Under the pieces are notes generated by a model. It was not told the DNA's origin. It did no database searches and was given only the letters and a program-made list of their open reading frames with translations. A stretch of DNA of 62,544 nt, filler included, from Nemertoderma westbladi (lineage: Eukaryota > Animalia > Xenacoelomorpha): NCBI GenBank assembly GCA_032718475.1. It is 3 parts of 3 records of this genome, joined end to end, with 100 filler letters (N's around TTAATTAATTAA, not from the genome) between each part and the next. Parts side by side here need not be neighbours in the genome. Positions count along the whole stretch, not along the records: positions 25,745 to 54,281 come from JAUCBJ010005011.1; positions 54,382 to 62,544 come from JAUCBJ010002559.1; 1 more part is not named here. The stretch is one strand, 5' to 3'. Position 1 is the first letter of the stretch; the number at the start of each line of letters is the position of its first letter. Position numbers and translations under genes: made by a program. Of this stretch, positions 49,109 through 61,808 are shown one piece after another.

Positions 49109-51849
49109 CCCTATTAAACCAGGGGGGGGGGGGTCAGTATGAACCCCCCCCCCCCCCCTCCTCTGAAACTTACGCAGTTCGGAAGCTTAAATTTGATAAC
49201 TTTTCCTAAAAATCTATTTTATTCTTAAATTGTTAATTTTTCGCTCGAATATAACCCAAAATCGAGAGAAAAATAAGTACTTTTTATCCCTAGGGAAAAT
49301 TTATACATTTTAAATGCATTGATTTTACTTTTTTTTTCCGGCGATAAAAGTAAAATAAAATATTTTTGGTGGAATTTTTTAAATTTTATTACATGTGTTG
49401 AAAGTGCATCGAAGTAGAAAAGTTTTGCACGTAATTTGAACAAAACCCATTAACACACTCAAAAGTTATTGCAACTTTAGTGTCAGCTAGGCGAACTCCA
49501 AAACGGAAGTCAATATCCAATATTGGTTTATGTTGTTAAGCGGCTCTCTAGTTAGTAGTTACGAAATAAATATTCGAGAACACTAAATTATTTAACACTG
49601 AGTAAGGCAACATCGAGAGTTGAAGTGAAGAGTACAATATTATGAATCGCTGTAACTATCGAAGCAATATAGTAAAATACTACAGTTCAATTTATTTCGT
49701 AACAAAAAAAGTACCAATTTAAGAATAAAATTACGTATTACATGGGAATAATACGTAGAACATTTTCTTTTTAATATTCTCTCGACCCTTTATTAGCTCG
49801 GCTGCTCGGTAAATAAAATGCTTCGAGAATAGTGAAAAAAAAGTTATACTTTTTATTTTTCCCATGTAATAAATAATTATTCTTCCTAATAGTGAAAACG
49901 GTTTTTAAAAATATTTTGAAGTTTTCGAGTTATAGCAACCATTTTTTGACCCTACCTTTGGCACTTTTTTGAGACCTTTTTGAAAATTACACTTCATGAA
50001 ATGTGATTTGTATCATATCTATTTTGGATTTAGACCGGTATATTGGTGTTCGCAATTAGAAGGAATTTGTCACGGCTGTAGCAAGCCCATCAAAACCCTA
50101 TAGGGGCTGTTGCGCTGTCAGTCAGAGAGGTAACGGCCCATGGGGTAAAGATTTACCCATGGGGCGTGGACTATCAGATAGTCTGATACCAACTGTATAT
50201 CACGTCTTTTTTAACTATCAGATAGATGATCGCCCAGTTACAAGTTGCCCGATAGTTGTATTTTTTAAACCCCGAGTGTTGTTGACGGAGTCTGTTACTT
50301 CCGAAATCGTTGGTCGTGGTGTCGGTGCCGGAATTCTGGCTTTGATTAAAAACACTGAACTGCTGAACGATGGCGGAATCTACGAAACCCGGCCGGATTC
50401 CTAATCCGATGAGGCGATGCAGTCAATTAAACGTAAACAATGAAACGATCGCGATGGACTGATGGAGTCTATTCAATGTATCCAGAACGGTACGATGGCG
50501 ACGGAGTCTATTACAGTATTAAACACGCAACCAAAGCGATCAGACGATGGCGATGTAATCTACAAAACCGAGAACAACAGGAAGGCGATGGAGTTTATTA
50601 AACCCAGTAAGATGGTGCATAGCGAAGCGATCGAGACGGATAATGGAGTCTATTACAGTATTAAATCTGGAACGAAGACGGTGGAATCTATAGGCCTAAA
50701 CCTGGAAGAATGCGAACAAGGCTACTCTAAAGTTAGACTAGACTGGTTTGTGAGATTAACTTGCCAATACTAACTCAATACAATTTGCTTTCTTCGAATT
50801 CCTAATAATATATTTTAATCTTAATAATAATTATTCAACATCAATTATTTTATAAGTCTTGTCAATGCATAAGATTGCTAAAGACTAAAGAGCTAACTTT
50901 AGGAAGATCTGCCTTATATTTTTAGAATTATTATAATTAATTTTGTTATGTTTATAATGGATTGTATCTTTTGACAGACTACTTGATGTGCGACCGTGAT
51001 AATAAAATTAAATGGTGCCGAAATATTTTCACTTAACTGCCGGTAGGGGGGGGGGGGGGGGGGGGGCAATCAATATTCTTCCCTCTCCAGGTGAAAATCG
51101 ACGCAAATAACAGCTTGTTTACTACTAAAATAAAACTGCATCCTGTTCTATAGGAAAAAACATTATAGGCTATAGGGGAAATTTTAGCAAGTTGTGTTTA
51201 TTTTAGCCGATAGACAAGATTACATGTTTACCAAGTTTGGTATAATTTAGTCAAAGATTGAATGTGTTACGATTTTAAATTATCAGTGGAGGGTGAAGGC
51301 GGCGGGCCAGGATTCAGTTATACTTGAATAAAGAATAGTGATTAAACCAAGGGATACGCGATATATGACTGCTGTATAGATTCATTGAATGACTGTTGAT
51401 TTCGAAACATTTAATTCAAAACTATATAAATGTTAACATAATGTTGGATTTTTTTTTTTAAAAATTAACAGAAGAATTACATTTCATTAATTCATTTTTT
51501 TATCTAATCACATTATTAAATAACGAAGCACAGCAATAATACTAAGATTGAATATTGAATTGAAGGTACAGTACCGAATTGAATATTTGAATGGGAGAAT
51601 CGTTTAGGCTCGTTAAGCCAAGGAATGTCTGTTCACCACCATGGGTGATCTTCCACAGTAAACCCTTCCACTCTTTTTTCCAAGTTACCTTGGTTCCCAA
51701 TCGACCACTGAAGGATGAAAGCCGGGGGGATTGGGCTAGGCTGCAGCACTGTGCCCAAACAGTACTGCCCCATCTAGGGATCGAACATTGAATATTTGAG
51801 ATTGCATAAGATAGAGTATTGAATATCTTAAGCCGTCATCCCGTTGGTG

Positions 51850-52225
51850 ACTCCATTGGCAACCATTTCGACAGTTTCGATTGGTTTCGGCTCTTCAGTC
51901 CCCGACTAGACCGATGTCGGCGTGGTTGCTGTCCCCATGACTGAGGCGGCATTACCAACCAAAATTGCCATCTCCAGGCGCTGGAGCAGAAACTGGTGTG
52001 ACCGCTGTTTGTGGGTGGCACTGTGGAGACGAGCCCCGATCTCCCGGAGGAAGGTGGATGTCTCTGGACCAGGGCGGTCAAAGGTCTCAAAGGCCACGGG
52101 GTGAAAGAAATGGCCCCGGTCCATTAGGTTGCGATACTTAGAGTTTTTAATGCGCTCCGCCCCCTCAGCTGAGTGCCCCCCGGCAATGATGGTTTGTTGA
52201 AGGTGGCTGGGGGCCAGTGGATCTA
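51850..52225 (-). mobile_element. 3' fragment of a CRE/R2-type non-LTR element (restriction-like endonuclease C-terminus)
   Basis: AE..K.SKY...FHPVAFETF..PGP....FLREIG...FLLQRLEMAILVGNAASVMGT; GC-rich island. Confidence 0.75.
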
Positions 52226-53099
52226 GTAATAATTAACGCAAAGATATGATTAGGTAGGCCTACGTGATATTAGTTTCTCAAACCCAAACTATCCATCCAT
52301 TGACGTCCAAATATATCCAATTTCTCAATCTAGCAATCCATACTAATCCGTATATAATAATGCATAATGTACACTGTAATGCAATACCGGTAATTGGTAA
52401 TGTCAATGTCCAACCAAACAATGCGTTGAGTGTTAACGGACCAGCCTCGCACCTCGCTCTGTCGCATCAGTTTTTGTAGTGGTCTAGTTCCAGGCTACCA
52501 GAATCCAGGAATCCGTTAGGCCTAGTGCATGATATAGAATCAGCACATCCTGACATCTGTGCAACTCCTGAACTCACGCGAGCATTTTACAGATGGTGGT
52601 CTAATTTATATGGTCTTGTTCAATATTTTTTATTTACCCAGAAGTCAAAGTATAACTAATAAAAGTAAAAAACAAAGCAATGTACACAGAGATAAGTAAA
52701 TTTATATATAATAAGTGTATTCAATTAGAGTAATGTATAATAAAGCAAACCAAAGTAGAAATGATATGGGAAGGACATCCAGCTTATAGCGTAGCTAGTT
52801 TGAGCGCTGGATACCTTAGAAAACAAACATATAATGGCAGAGTCCTGTCCAGGGCGTGGTAGAAGAGAGGGGGGGGGGGGGGGGGGGGGGGGGGTGGAGA
52901 TAGCTGTAAAGCTGTAACATAATAGTTGAAATATATAATATAGCCTATATATAAAAACCATTCATGACAATGTGGGCATCAATGAGGGCTACTAAATTTT
53001 GCATATTAACATATTAATTTTAGATACATGCTAAAGGTAAGATAATTTGAGAATATTGTGTTTTAAACTAATGCTATGCACTGGATAACTTGATTAGAA

Positions 53100-54281
53100 A
53101 ATACTTTTTGAGGTTATATGAAAACGTATGGAAATTTTTGGAATTGCGTAAATTTGATTGTAGCTTGTTCCAGAATCGAGGACCTTGGAATTTGAGAGAC
53201 TGATGAGCAACTTGTAACCTTACATTTGGTAAGTAAAAATTTCCCGAACTAGCTGATCGAGTGTTGTAATTATGTACATCCGTAATTTTCTTGAAAAGAC
53301 TGCGTAACGGACATGACGGGTCTTTAATTACTGTACATTGTACATTATTTTCAATGTTTCCAGTTCATATAAACTTTGTAAAGGTAATTAATACGTTTAA
53401 TAGCTTGTACAGAGGCGCAACCGGAGCACGGTAATGACTAAACGTCATAACACGTATAGTTTTATTCAATTTTATATTTAAAGGTTTCAATATAGTAGAA
53501 AAAGTTGTACCCCAGACTGCAATACTGTATCGAATGTAAGGATATATAAGGGTGATGAAAAGTACACGTAAAATATATAACGTCAGTATGTGTCGTAACT
53601 TGTAAAAAAGGCCCGTTAATTTCGATATCTTATTTAGTACATACATTATATGTGATTTAAAATTTAACTTAGTATCTATTAAGACACCTAAGTACTTGGC
53701 CGATTGCGTTTCAGTAATACCAGTCTGTTTTATTTTAACTTTTGGGAGAGAACTACGGTCTACAGTACTGTTGCTAAAGATAGTATATTCAGTTTTTGCA
53801 ACATTTATTGTTAAGCGGTTTTCTATTAGCCAATCAGATACATTAGATAGATTTTGATTAGTAGATTCTATTAGGGTATTAAGATTCCTAGCAGTATGTA
53901 ATAGATTTGTGTCATCAGCAAACAAAGTAGTAATTGCTGAGGATGCGACAGGTAGGTCATTTATATAAATTAAGAACAACAGGGGGCCTAAAATACTACC
54001 TTGAGGAACACCTAAGTTTATTGGAAGTAAATCAGAATTATATTTTTCTAAACTAACAAGTTGCTGGCGGTTTTCTAAGTAGCTACGGAGAAGAGGAAGA
54101 GCGTGAGGTATGCCTCGTAGACCATAACATTCAAGTTTAGCTAACAGGATTCCATGATCAATTGTATCAAAGGCCTTCTTGAGGTCAATAAAGACGGCCG
54201 CAGATGAATAGCCATCCATTGACTCACGAATAGTTTCTACTATATTGAAAATTGCGTCTGTGGTTTTAAATTTCTTACGAA
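53100..54281 (-). mobile_element. CR1/L2-type LINE ORF2 (RT domain to C-terminus), cut by the contig end
   Basis: IDLKKAFDTIDH, GVPQGSILGPLLFLIYINDL, LFADDT, KYLGVLID; DVHNYNTRSA after a frameshift. Confidence 0.93.
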
Positions 54282-54381
54282 NNNNNNNNNNNNNNNNNNN
54301 NNNNNNNNNNNNNNNNNNNNNNNNNTTAATTAATTAANNNNNNNNNNNNNNNNNNNNNNNNNNNNNNNNNNNNNNNNNNNN
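54282..54381. other. Artificial contig spacer
   Basis: 44 N + TTAATTAATTAA + 44 N. Confidence 0.97.
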
Positions 54382-54545
54382 GCTCGCGAATAATCTAAAT
54401 TATTATTTAGTAATGTCCTAGAATAACTGTTAACTATAGTAACCGAATATTTACTGTTGAATTAATAAGTCAAGTCAAATAAGCGTCAGTGTCAAGCCCC
54501 CCTTTGCTCCCATTAAGACTAGTCTTTCATCTCATGCCTATAACA

Positions 54546-54546
<1 letters not shown>

Positions 54547-54578
<32 letters not shown>

Positions 54579-54587
54579 TACTACTAT
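54547..54587. repeat. (TAC)n microsatellite
   Basis: About 13 TAC units. Confidence 0.9.
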
Positions 54588-56059
54588 AATCGGCCTGCTA
54601 CATTTAAACTGCACATTGAGATGCCATGCCAGCTTAACAAACACATTTTATTACCACCATGCAATCCACAATTGGCAAGCTCAATGCAACATGCTTTAAG
54701 AATGCTATGCCAGCTTGTCAACAAAGTTGCACCGCCACAACTCCCTATCCCCCACCCCATGACTTTCGCGAGATTATCCGCATCTTCAAGGCCAGTGTCC
54801 TTTAGGAGGCGTCTCACGAAAGTCATTGGCTATCCACCATGTTGATTTTCTCCATGGGGCTGCCAAAGCGCTAATATCGTGTTTGGGGGCCTCACAAGTG
54901 AATTTTTTATTAGTTTTTTTTTTAGATAAAACCCGTGTCTGTTTCGAAAGACTAAAAATATCATAAAAAACATTATTAAAACCAGTCTCTGAAAAATCTT
55001 AGAAAAAATTGTCACAAGTTAGATTATAAACATGTAATTTATTATTATGTGTATTAAGAAAGTGTATTGAACACTTGTGTATTGTATGATATACGAATAG
55101 AATACGGACTAAAATATAATAGTTTGATAGAATTGTTTAAAGAAACGTACAGTGCACTGGTACTACTATGTAAATTTATTGTAGCAGTATTAAAAGTTAA
55201 TTCGAATAATTAATTAATAAATTAGAAATAATAATATTAGTAAAGCGTTATTTATTTTTATATTTACATAGTTTGTGCAAAAATTATACTGATTATATTA
55301 ATATTGCTGTTTGTTGCGATAGTAATACATTATTATTAGGCTATAGTGTGCAAAATATGATTTGGCGAAAATTAAAGGCTGAACGGGCCAGTAAACCGTT
55401 CACTACTACTACTATTGATTACAATATAATGATTAAAATGATTACAAAAATTGGCAAGCTACTGACTGCAGCTGAATAGGAGGTATAAATCCTTATTAGA
55501 AAATTACAATATACAATTCAATAATATAATATAATATATCGTCGATGACGATACAGTAGAAATAGTGCGAAATTTGAGTTTGGAGGCACAAACTAAATGG
55601 CAATCATTGCCACCACAATCGTAGTTTGACATGTCGACATAGCCTTAATACTGTAATAAAATACGAAATAAATATGAGTACCGGTACTGAAACTACTGAC
55701 TTCTGACTAGAAAGAACATCGACTTACAATCATACAAACTTCAGAAATTGAGCATAGGACTATCAGACTATACATGTACCGACTGGTAGTTAGAATAGCA
55801 ATACAACAGTATAAAATGTGTGAGGCCCTGAAACACGATAAAAGCGCAAAAGCACAAAGCACAGGCTGGTCCTTACGTTGAAAACAATGGCCTACAAGTG
55901 GCTGTTCTAGTGTTCCTACTTGGGAGAACCAATGAGAACTCTCAAATGTTATATAGTGTCTGGTTGGAATTGTGTGCATTGTACTTGATACAGTGAACCC
56001 GACCTATAGCATTTTTGTGAATGTGCCATCCAGAGATTTGGTGTCCTCGCAGTTAGAGC

Positions 56060-56780
56060 CCAGCATGGACTCCCTTAGAAGAGTACTGGAACTACTACTG
56101 CTCTAAATAATCGGACCTTAAGTTTCCGATGAATTCTGTGAAATCCTGGAAAGCCCATTACATGTTCTTTCCCTTACGTATTCGAATGTCCACACCTGAC
56201 TTCCGGATCCATGATCCCAGGTAACAGAAGTCGTTCGTCCACATGTTCAGGCACACCATCCTTTGAGCTTATGCTCATCCAATCAGAGATTTGCTGAGGA
56301 CTTTCAAAGTAAACTTTCAAAATTTTTATCTTTTCGGAGTTAACAAAAAGGCCAATGCTAGAAGCAGCCTGTTCTAATGAGCTGAGGAGCCATTGTGCTC
56401 CATCTAGTGACTCGGGGAGTACTCCTAACTCATCAGCAAAGTCTAGATCAATTAGGTACTTGGCAGGATTTCCTCGCCTTCTGGAGCCAGTAGGTTAGAT
56501 TACCATCACCCCATCATCATTATGATGATCTAAGGACATGCGTAGAACATCGTCAACCATAATTATGAATAAGAATGGTGCAAGTGTGTCTCCCTGGAGG
56601 ACTCCCCATAACACTTTGGATGGTTAGGTGACACCATCAACAGTAGACACTAATGTCGTCGAACCATCGTATACTTATCTGATTGCTGCAATAATTTCAT
56701 CAGGAATCCCATATAATGAAAGTATGCTGAACATACGTGAGCGAGAGACTGAATTAAAGGGCTTGAGGAAGTCAACAACA
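56060..56780 (-). pseudogene. Decayed RTE-like reverse transcriptase fragment (different subfamily)
   Basis: Minus strand gives YGIPDEIIAAIR, GVLQGDTLAPFLFIIMVDDVLR, DLDFADE, LEQAASSIGL. Confidence 0.8.
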
Positions 56781-57085
56781 CTGCTCAGTGACAGCACACT
56801 TGGCATTTTGAATTCACTTTGTCAGCACTGCCACTGCGTTTTCACAGCACTGTAACCAAACCTAAACGATGTTATTAACCGGCATTGCGATTCCAGGGCA
56901 CTGTCACCATACTCATACTCATACATACTCTTACTGCACAATCACAGCGCGAAGTGTGAACCAGGCTTAAGGCCCCTGACATCAATACCATCTTCTTCTT
57001 AAAAACCGATCGAAATGGTACTTGTCGAAATATCACATTTCTTTGCATGAACCTTAGGAGCTCTTACTTCTTCAAAACTATTAGT

Positions 57086-57362
57086 TCTAGCTTGGTTTAG
57101 TGGTTGCATTAATTCACATCTCCCGTAGGTCGTGGGTTCAATCCTCACATGGACCAGGTCAGTTTTCGTTTCGGCACGAATGCTTTAAAGGGACCAGCCA
57201 GGGCGCATCTCTGCCTTGCATCCTTAAGTGGTAGCTAAATGAGTACTAGAGTTTCCTCTGGGGAGTAAAGTTCTGGGGGGACCGCACTGGAAATAAGTCG
57301 TCAGACTTTGTGCGTAATCCCTGGCCTAGTGGCCAAAGAAAATTTACTTTTACTTACTTTAT
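57086..57362 (+). mobile_element. tRNA-derived SINE with Nin/Deu-like core
   Basis: A box TGGTTTAGTGG, B box GGTTCAATCC, core CTC.GCCTT.CATCC...AAATGAGTAC, TTAC-type tail; second fragment at ~61775-61808. Confidence 0.65.
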
Positions 57363-57959
57363 TAGAAAAATAGGGATAATTCTTTATGACTGGATGGGGT
57401 TTCACCAATAGATTTATGGTAATGGATAGGTCGGCTATCGATTTATGAGGTCTCAGCATAATTTTAAGTACCAATCGCAATTATATCGTATATTATGCTA
57501 TCTTGCAGCGCTGTATCTGGATGACAGAACAAACAAGAACCATCTCTCATTTCGAAAAAGGGTTGTCCACATGCACAAATAAATGAAACAACAATAAACA
57601 CTGCAAAGCATCGTCAATTTTTACATTACCCCCATCATAACCATTAAGGTCATCGCCCATTCCTGATGCAACTTTCACCCATTACACTTTCAGAACTAGA
57701 AATTGCTACAGGTAACACCACCACCATCTGAACTAATAACTTCAATATCATCATCCTTGATGAAATCTTAGACCCTTACATAATACGAATTTTGTACAAT
57801 GTGTATATCAATTGTGCAGGTTTGTAATCATATATTGGTAAAGTGGGTAAACGCTACGCTTACACACACATACGCCTATGCATATGCATGGTTAAAGAAG
57901 CAGGTTACAGGGCCGGGTTGAAAGGAACCAAAACAATAAACGAGAGTTAGGAATATTGT

Positions 57960-59479
57960 GATAATAACAGCCCACAAGGAATCAGCTAAGAGGCATATCC
58001 CCCAGAAACCCAAACGAAAACAATATGTGCCATGGCAAAACTCTGAGGTTACTTGTAAGAGAGAAGATCTTAAGATAGCCTACAAAGTTAAAACCGAACA
58101 ACCAACAACCGAAAACATTAACAAGGTTGAGAAAGCTAAGGACGATCTTAAATTGGCCTACAACATCAGCCAGGAAAAGTACATACAGGATAAAACTGAA
58201 GCAATTACAACTGCTCACATACAGCAACAATCAAGACTTACCTGGCAAACTGTAAATGAGGTATCTGGTCGGAAAAGTTGTGCAAAGGGGAGCCTCAAAG
58301 CCGATAGTCCTGAAGAACGTGTTGGGAAGTGGAAAAATAATTTCAGCAACTTGCTTGGGCAGCCACCAAACATCGAGGTCAGCCCTATAAGGAAAATATA
58401 TGACAAGACACTACCTATAGAAACAGGGGACTTCACACCTGCCGAACTCCAAAGAAGCATTAAAAGCATGTCCAATAATAAAGCGAGTGGATTAGATGAA
58501 ATCCCAGCGGAGGTATGGAAAACCGGAGTGCTAAACAGACCATTATTGAATGTTTGCAACCGGATGTTAAAAGGGGAAAAGCCACCACCAATTTGGACTA
58601 AAGGTCAACTAAAGCCTCTCCCCAAGAAAGGAGACCTCGGCATACCAACAAACTATCGTGGGATCTGTCTGCTTGTGGTAGCTGCCAAAATATACAATAA
58701 AATGATTCTATATCACAGACACCGACTTTGCGGATGACATTGCCCTGCTCTCTAATACCCTAGCAGATGCACAGCTTCTACTAAATAAAGTGGAGAGGAC
58801 TGCTAAGGAGGTTGGATTGCATATAAATGCTACAAAGACCGAATTCATGACCTTTAATGTTGATGGAAACTTGACAACCATTGATAATACTCAACTAAGG
58901 AAGGTCGATGACTTCCAGTACCTTGGATCATGGATAGAGAGTAGCAAAAAGGACATAGAAGTTAGGAAAGCAAAGGCTTGGGTAGCTCTATCAAAAATGG
59001 ATACCATCTGGAAATCAGATCTCTCCAGGCACCTGAAGACTAAGTTCTTTCGAGCCACAGTGGAAAGTGTATTTTTATATGGGGGTGAGACCTGGACACT
59101 GACTAAATCACTTGAACAACGAATTGATGGTTGCTACACAAGACTACTAAGGGCAGCCCTAAACATCAGCTGGAGACAACACATGACAAACGCCGAGCTT
59201 TATGGTACAATACCACCTGTATCAACCACCCTCCGTGAACGCAGATTAAGATTCAGTGGGCACTGCTGGCGAAGTAAAGACGAGGTCATACCAGATCTAC
59301 TTTTCTGGCAACCAACTCATGGAAAGCGTAGTCGTGGACGACCGGCCATAACATATATAGATCAACTTGAAAGGGATACTGAACTTAGGAGAAACGAAAT
59401 TGCGACAACTATGGAGAATCGGGAAGCCTGGAAGGATCTCATTTCCACTGTCCGAGTTCGCTCGACCTAGAAGTAGTAG
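57960..59479 (+). mobile_element. RTE-clade LINE, 5'-truncated, with an internal deletion of the RT core
   Basis: KASGLDEIPAEVWK, PLPKKGDL..PTNYRGI, KIYNKMIL joined to ITDTDFADDIALL; TAG tail; 12-bp TSD TAGGAATATTGT (57948-57959 and 59480-59491). Confidence 0.92.
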
Positions 59480-59829
59480 TAGGAATATTGTAGAAAACCC
59501 AATTTAATTTAACTGCTTGATAATCATTGATGATCATTAGTCAGATGTTAGGCCTACAGGCCCTGTGGTGTATGTATGTGTAGGCGTAGCGTTTAGCCCC
59601 GGTAAGTGTATCAGTTATGTAACATACTTATAATATATCGTATTCATTAATAATATTTATATTTATCTGAAGTTTAAATTAAAATTCCCAAATTTATGGA
59701 ACTTAGCCAAAATTTCAGAACTAGTCATATTTTTTTACATGTATCTTCTCACTTAATAAATAAATATCCACTGTTAACTTATATTTCTTTAGTTTTTTGT
59801 TTTGGGACATAGTTAATGAACTTTTGGTA

Positions 59830-60723
59830 ACTAGAAAGCCAGCAAGCTGGCTTTAAACGAACCTGCCCCTCAAACCAGTACCATGAGTGAGCGAAAATGA
59901 AAACACGATAATTGCCATCAACTCAACGATAGAACGCCAGCTGCTGGTACTCATGGGGGCCTAGTAAGCTACTACTATTTATTGAATGGATAGCCCAAAC
60001 TGCAGAGAAGTATATTACTTGCCAAATTTATTACTATCTCACTCTAACCCAGACAGTAATCAAACATCAACTGTAAGTTTGTATAATGTATTACCCCACC
60101 AGATGAATAGCTCTTCCCAGTGAATCCTATGACAATAATCTATAAGGTTACTCACTGCTATGTTAGGTGGGAGGGAGTTGATGATAATGAAATGAGGAGG
60201 GACCCAACTAACACTACGTTTGTCTATGGAGGGTCTCCTTACAGCCAGATGGCTGTCTTTTCTAGTTGAATCATATTATTCCGCAACTAAATAATTTACT
60301 CTTTTAGACGAATTTGTGCGTTTTTTTGCCGGATTAAAAAATTTTGGCGACGTTCTGTGCGAGATTGGCGATATTTGAAAAGATTCTGAGGCTCAAATAT
60401 GTTGCTCAGGTGACTGAATATCTCAAATAAAAAAGTTGGTGCATACTCGACGAGTTGAAATCGGTGAAATTCGACTTTAAATTTTCAAAACGGCTATTTT
60501 TCAGTGACCCCGTGATCGAAACGCCACAAAAAATATAGTCTTGTGAGCAACCAAAATTTATGGAGAGTTTGTTATTAAAATTTTTGCGTACCTGCTTGAG
60601 TTTTTGAGATATTGGATGGTTATACATATATATATACACACACACACAACCACATCGTATTTTTGAACGGCTCAACTCTTGACAAGAACTACCCTGGCCT
60701 ATTAATAGGCAGGTTCGTTATTA
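59830..60723 (-). mobile_element. Helentron-associated (DINE-1/HINE-like) non-autonomous element
   Basis: 12-bp sub-terminal inverted repeats AACGAACCTGCC (59856-59867) and GGCAGGTTCGTT (60708-60719); hairpin AAAGCCAGC-AA-GCTGGCTTT next to CTAG; short palindrome and microsatellite at the other end. Confidence 0.6.
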
Positions 60724-61029
60724 TTGTTTTGGGACATAGTTAATGAACTTTTGGTATTTACAATACATTTACAGGGAAATCCTTGTGTGATGATCGAACG
60801 TGCTGTACTAGGCTAGGCATGCCGGACCTTTTATATTAAAGCAGACAATTGCAACGCCACATGAGTTCATCCCAACCGAATTCATACAATTGTGTTCAGA
60901 AATTTCAGTTCTGCAGTTGTAAAATTATACTACAGACTATAAACAGTATGCATTATGCAGTAGAGACGTGCTTAGCTTATTTTTGTTATTCGCAGTGAGA
61001 AACTGTTTAAAATGCAACATTTTAAAAAG

Positions 61030-61580
61030 CAAGTTCACCATTGCAATACCTATTTTTTTTTCCATTAATTGTATATTTTCATAAAGTAAACACCAATATA
61101 ATTTTTCATAAAATAAAGTTTACACCAATATATATTTTTCTGACCAAAATAGTTTTTTATTCATAAGTTCACCAATATATATTTTTTCTGACCAATATAT
61201 TTTTCATAACGATCACCAATATATTTTTCATAAAGATCAATGTATTTTTCATAAAGAACACCAATATATTTTTATCGCTAATATATTTTTTATGAAGTTC
61301 GCCAATATATATTTTCAGACCAAAATGTTTTTTCAGAAATATCACCAATTTATATTTTTCTCAGCAATATATATTTTAAGAAAGTTAACCAATATATATT
61401 TTTCTCACCAATATGTATTTCTATCTTCAATATAAATTTTTTTTCTCACCAATATATATTTTTACTCACCAATATATATTTTTACTCACCAATATATTTT
61501 TTCTCACCAATATTAAATTTTCACAAATATATGTGTTCTTTCAAATATTTATTTTTTTCTCGCCAATATTTATTTATTCT
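61030..61580. repeat. Degenerate AT-rich minisatellite (core CACCAATATATATTTTT)
   Basis: About 20 irregular units. Confidence 0.85.
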
Positions 61581-61808
61581 CACTATTGTTTCTGACATTG
61601 TTTCTGACCTTTTTGCAGTAGTATTCTTCACATGAGCGCCATGATGAGTGAATGTAAAGTAACATGGCTGACCGCGAACTATAATGGTGTTGTTTTGCAT
61701 AGGCAGCTATCATACGGTTCAGCCCGGCATGGGGGACAGGGGAGTTGTTGTTTGAAATTAATTATTTGCATGGACTAGCCAAGGCGCATCTGAGCCTTTC
61801 ATCCTTAA

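Noticed and set aside
57086-57160. tRNA gene
   Set aside because: A and B boxes are present but there is no full cloverleaf, and a SINE core and tail follow
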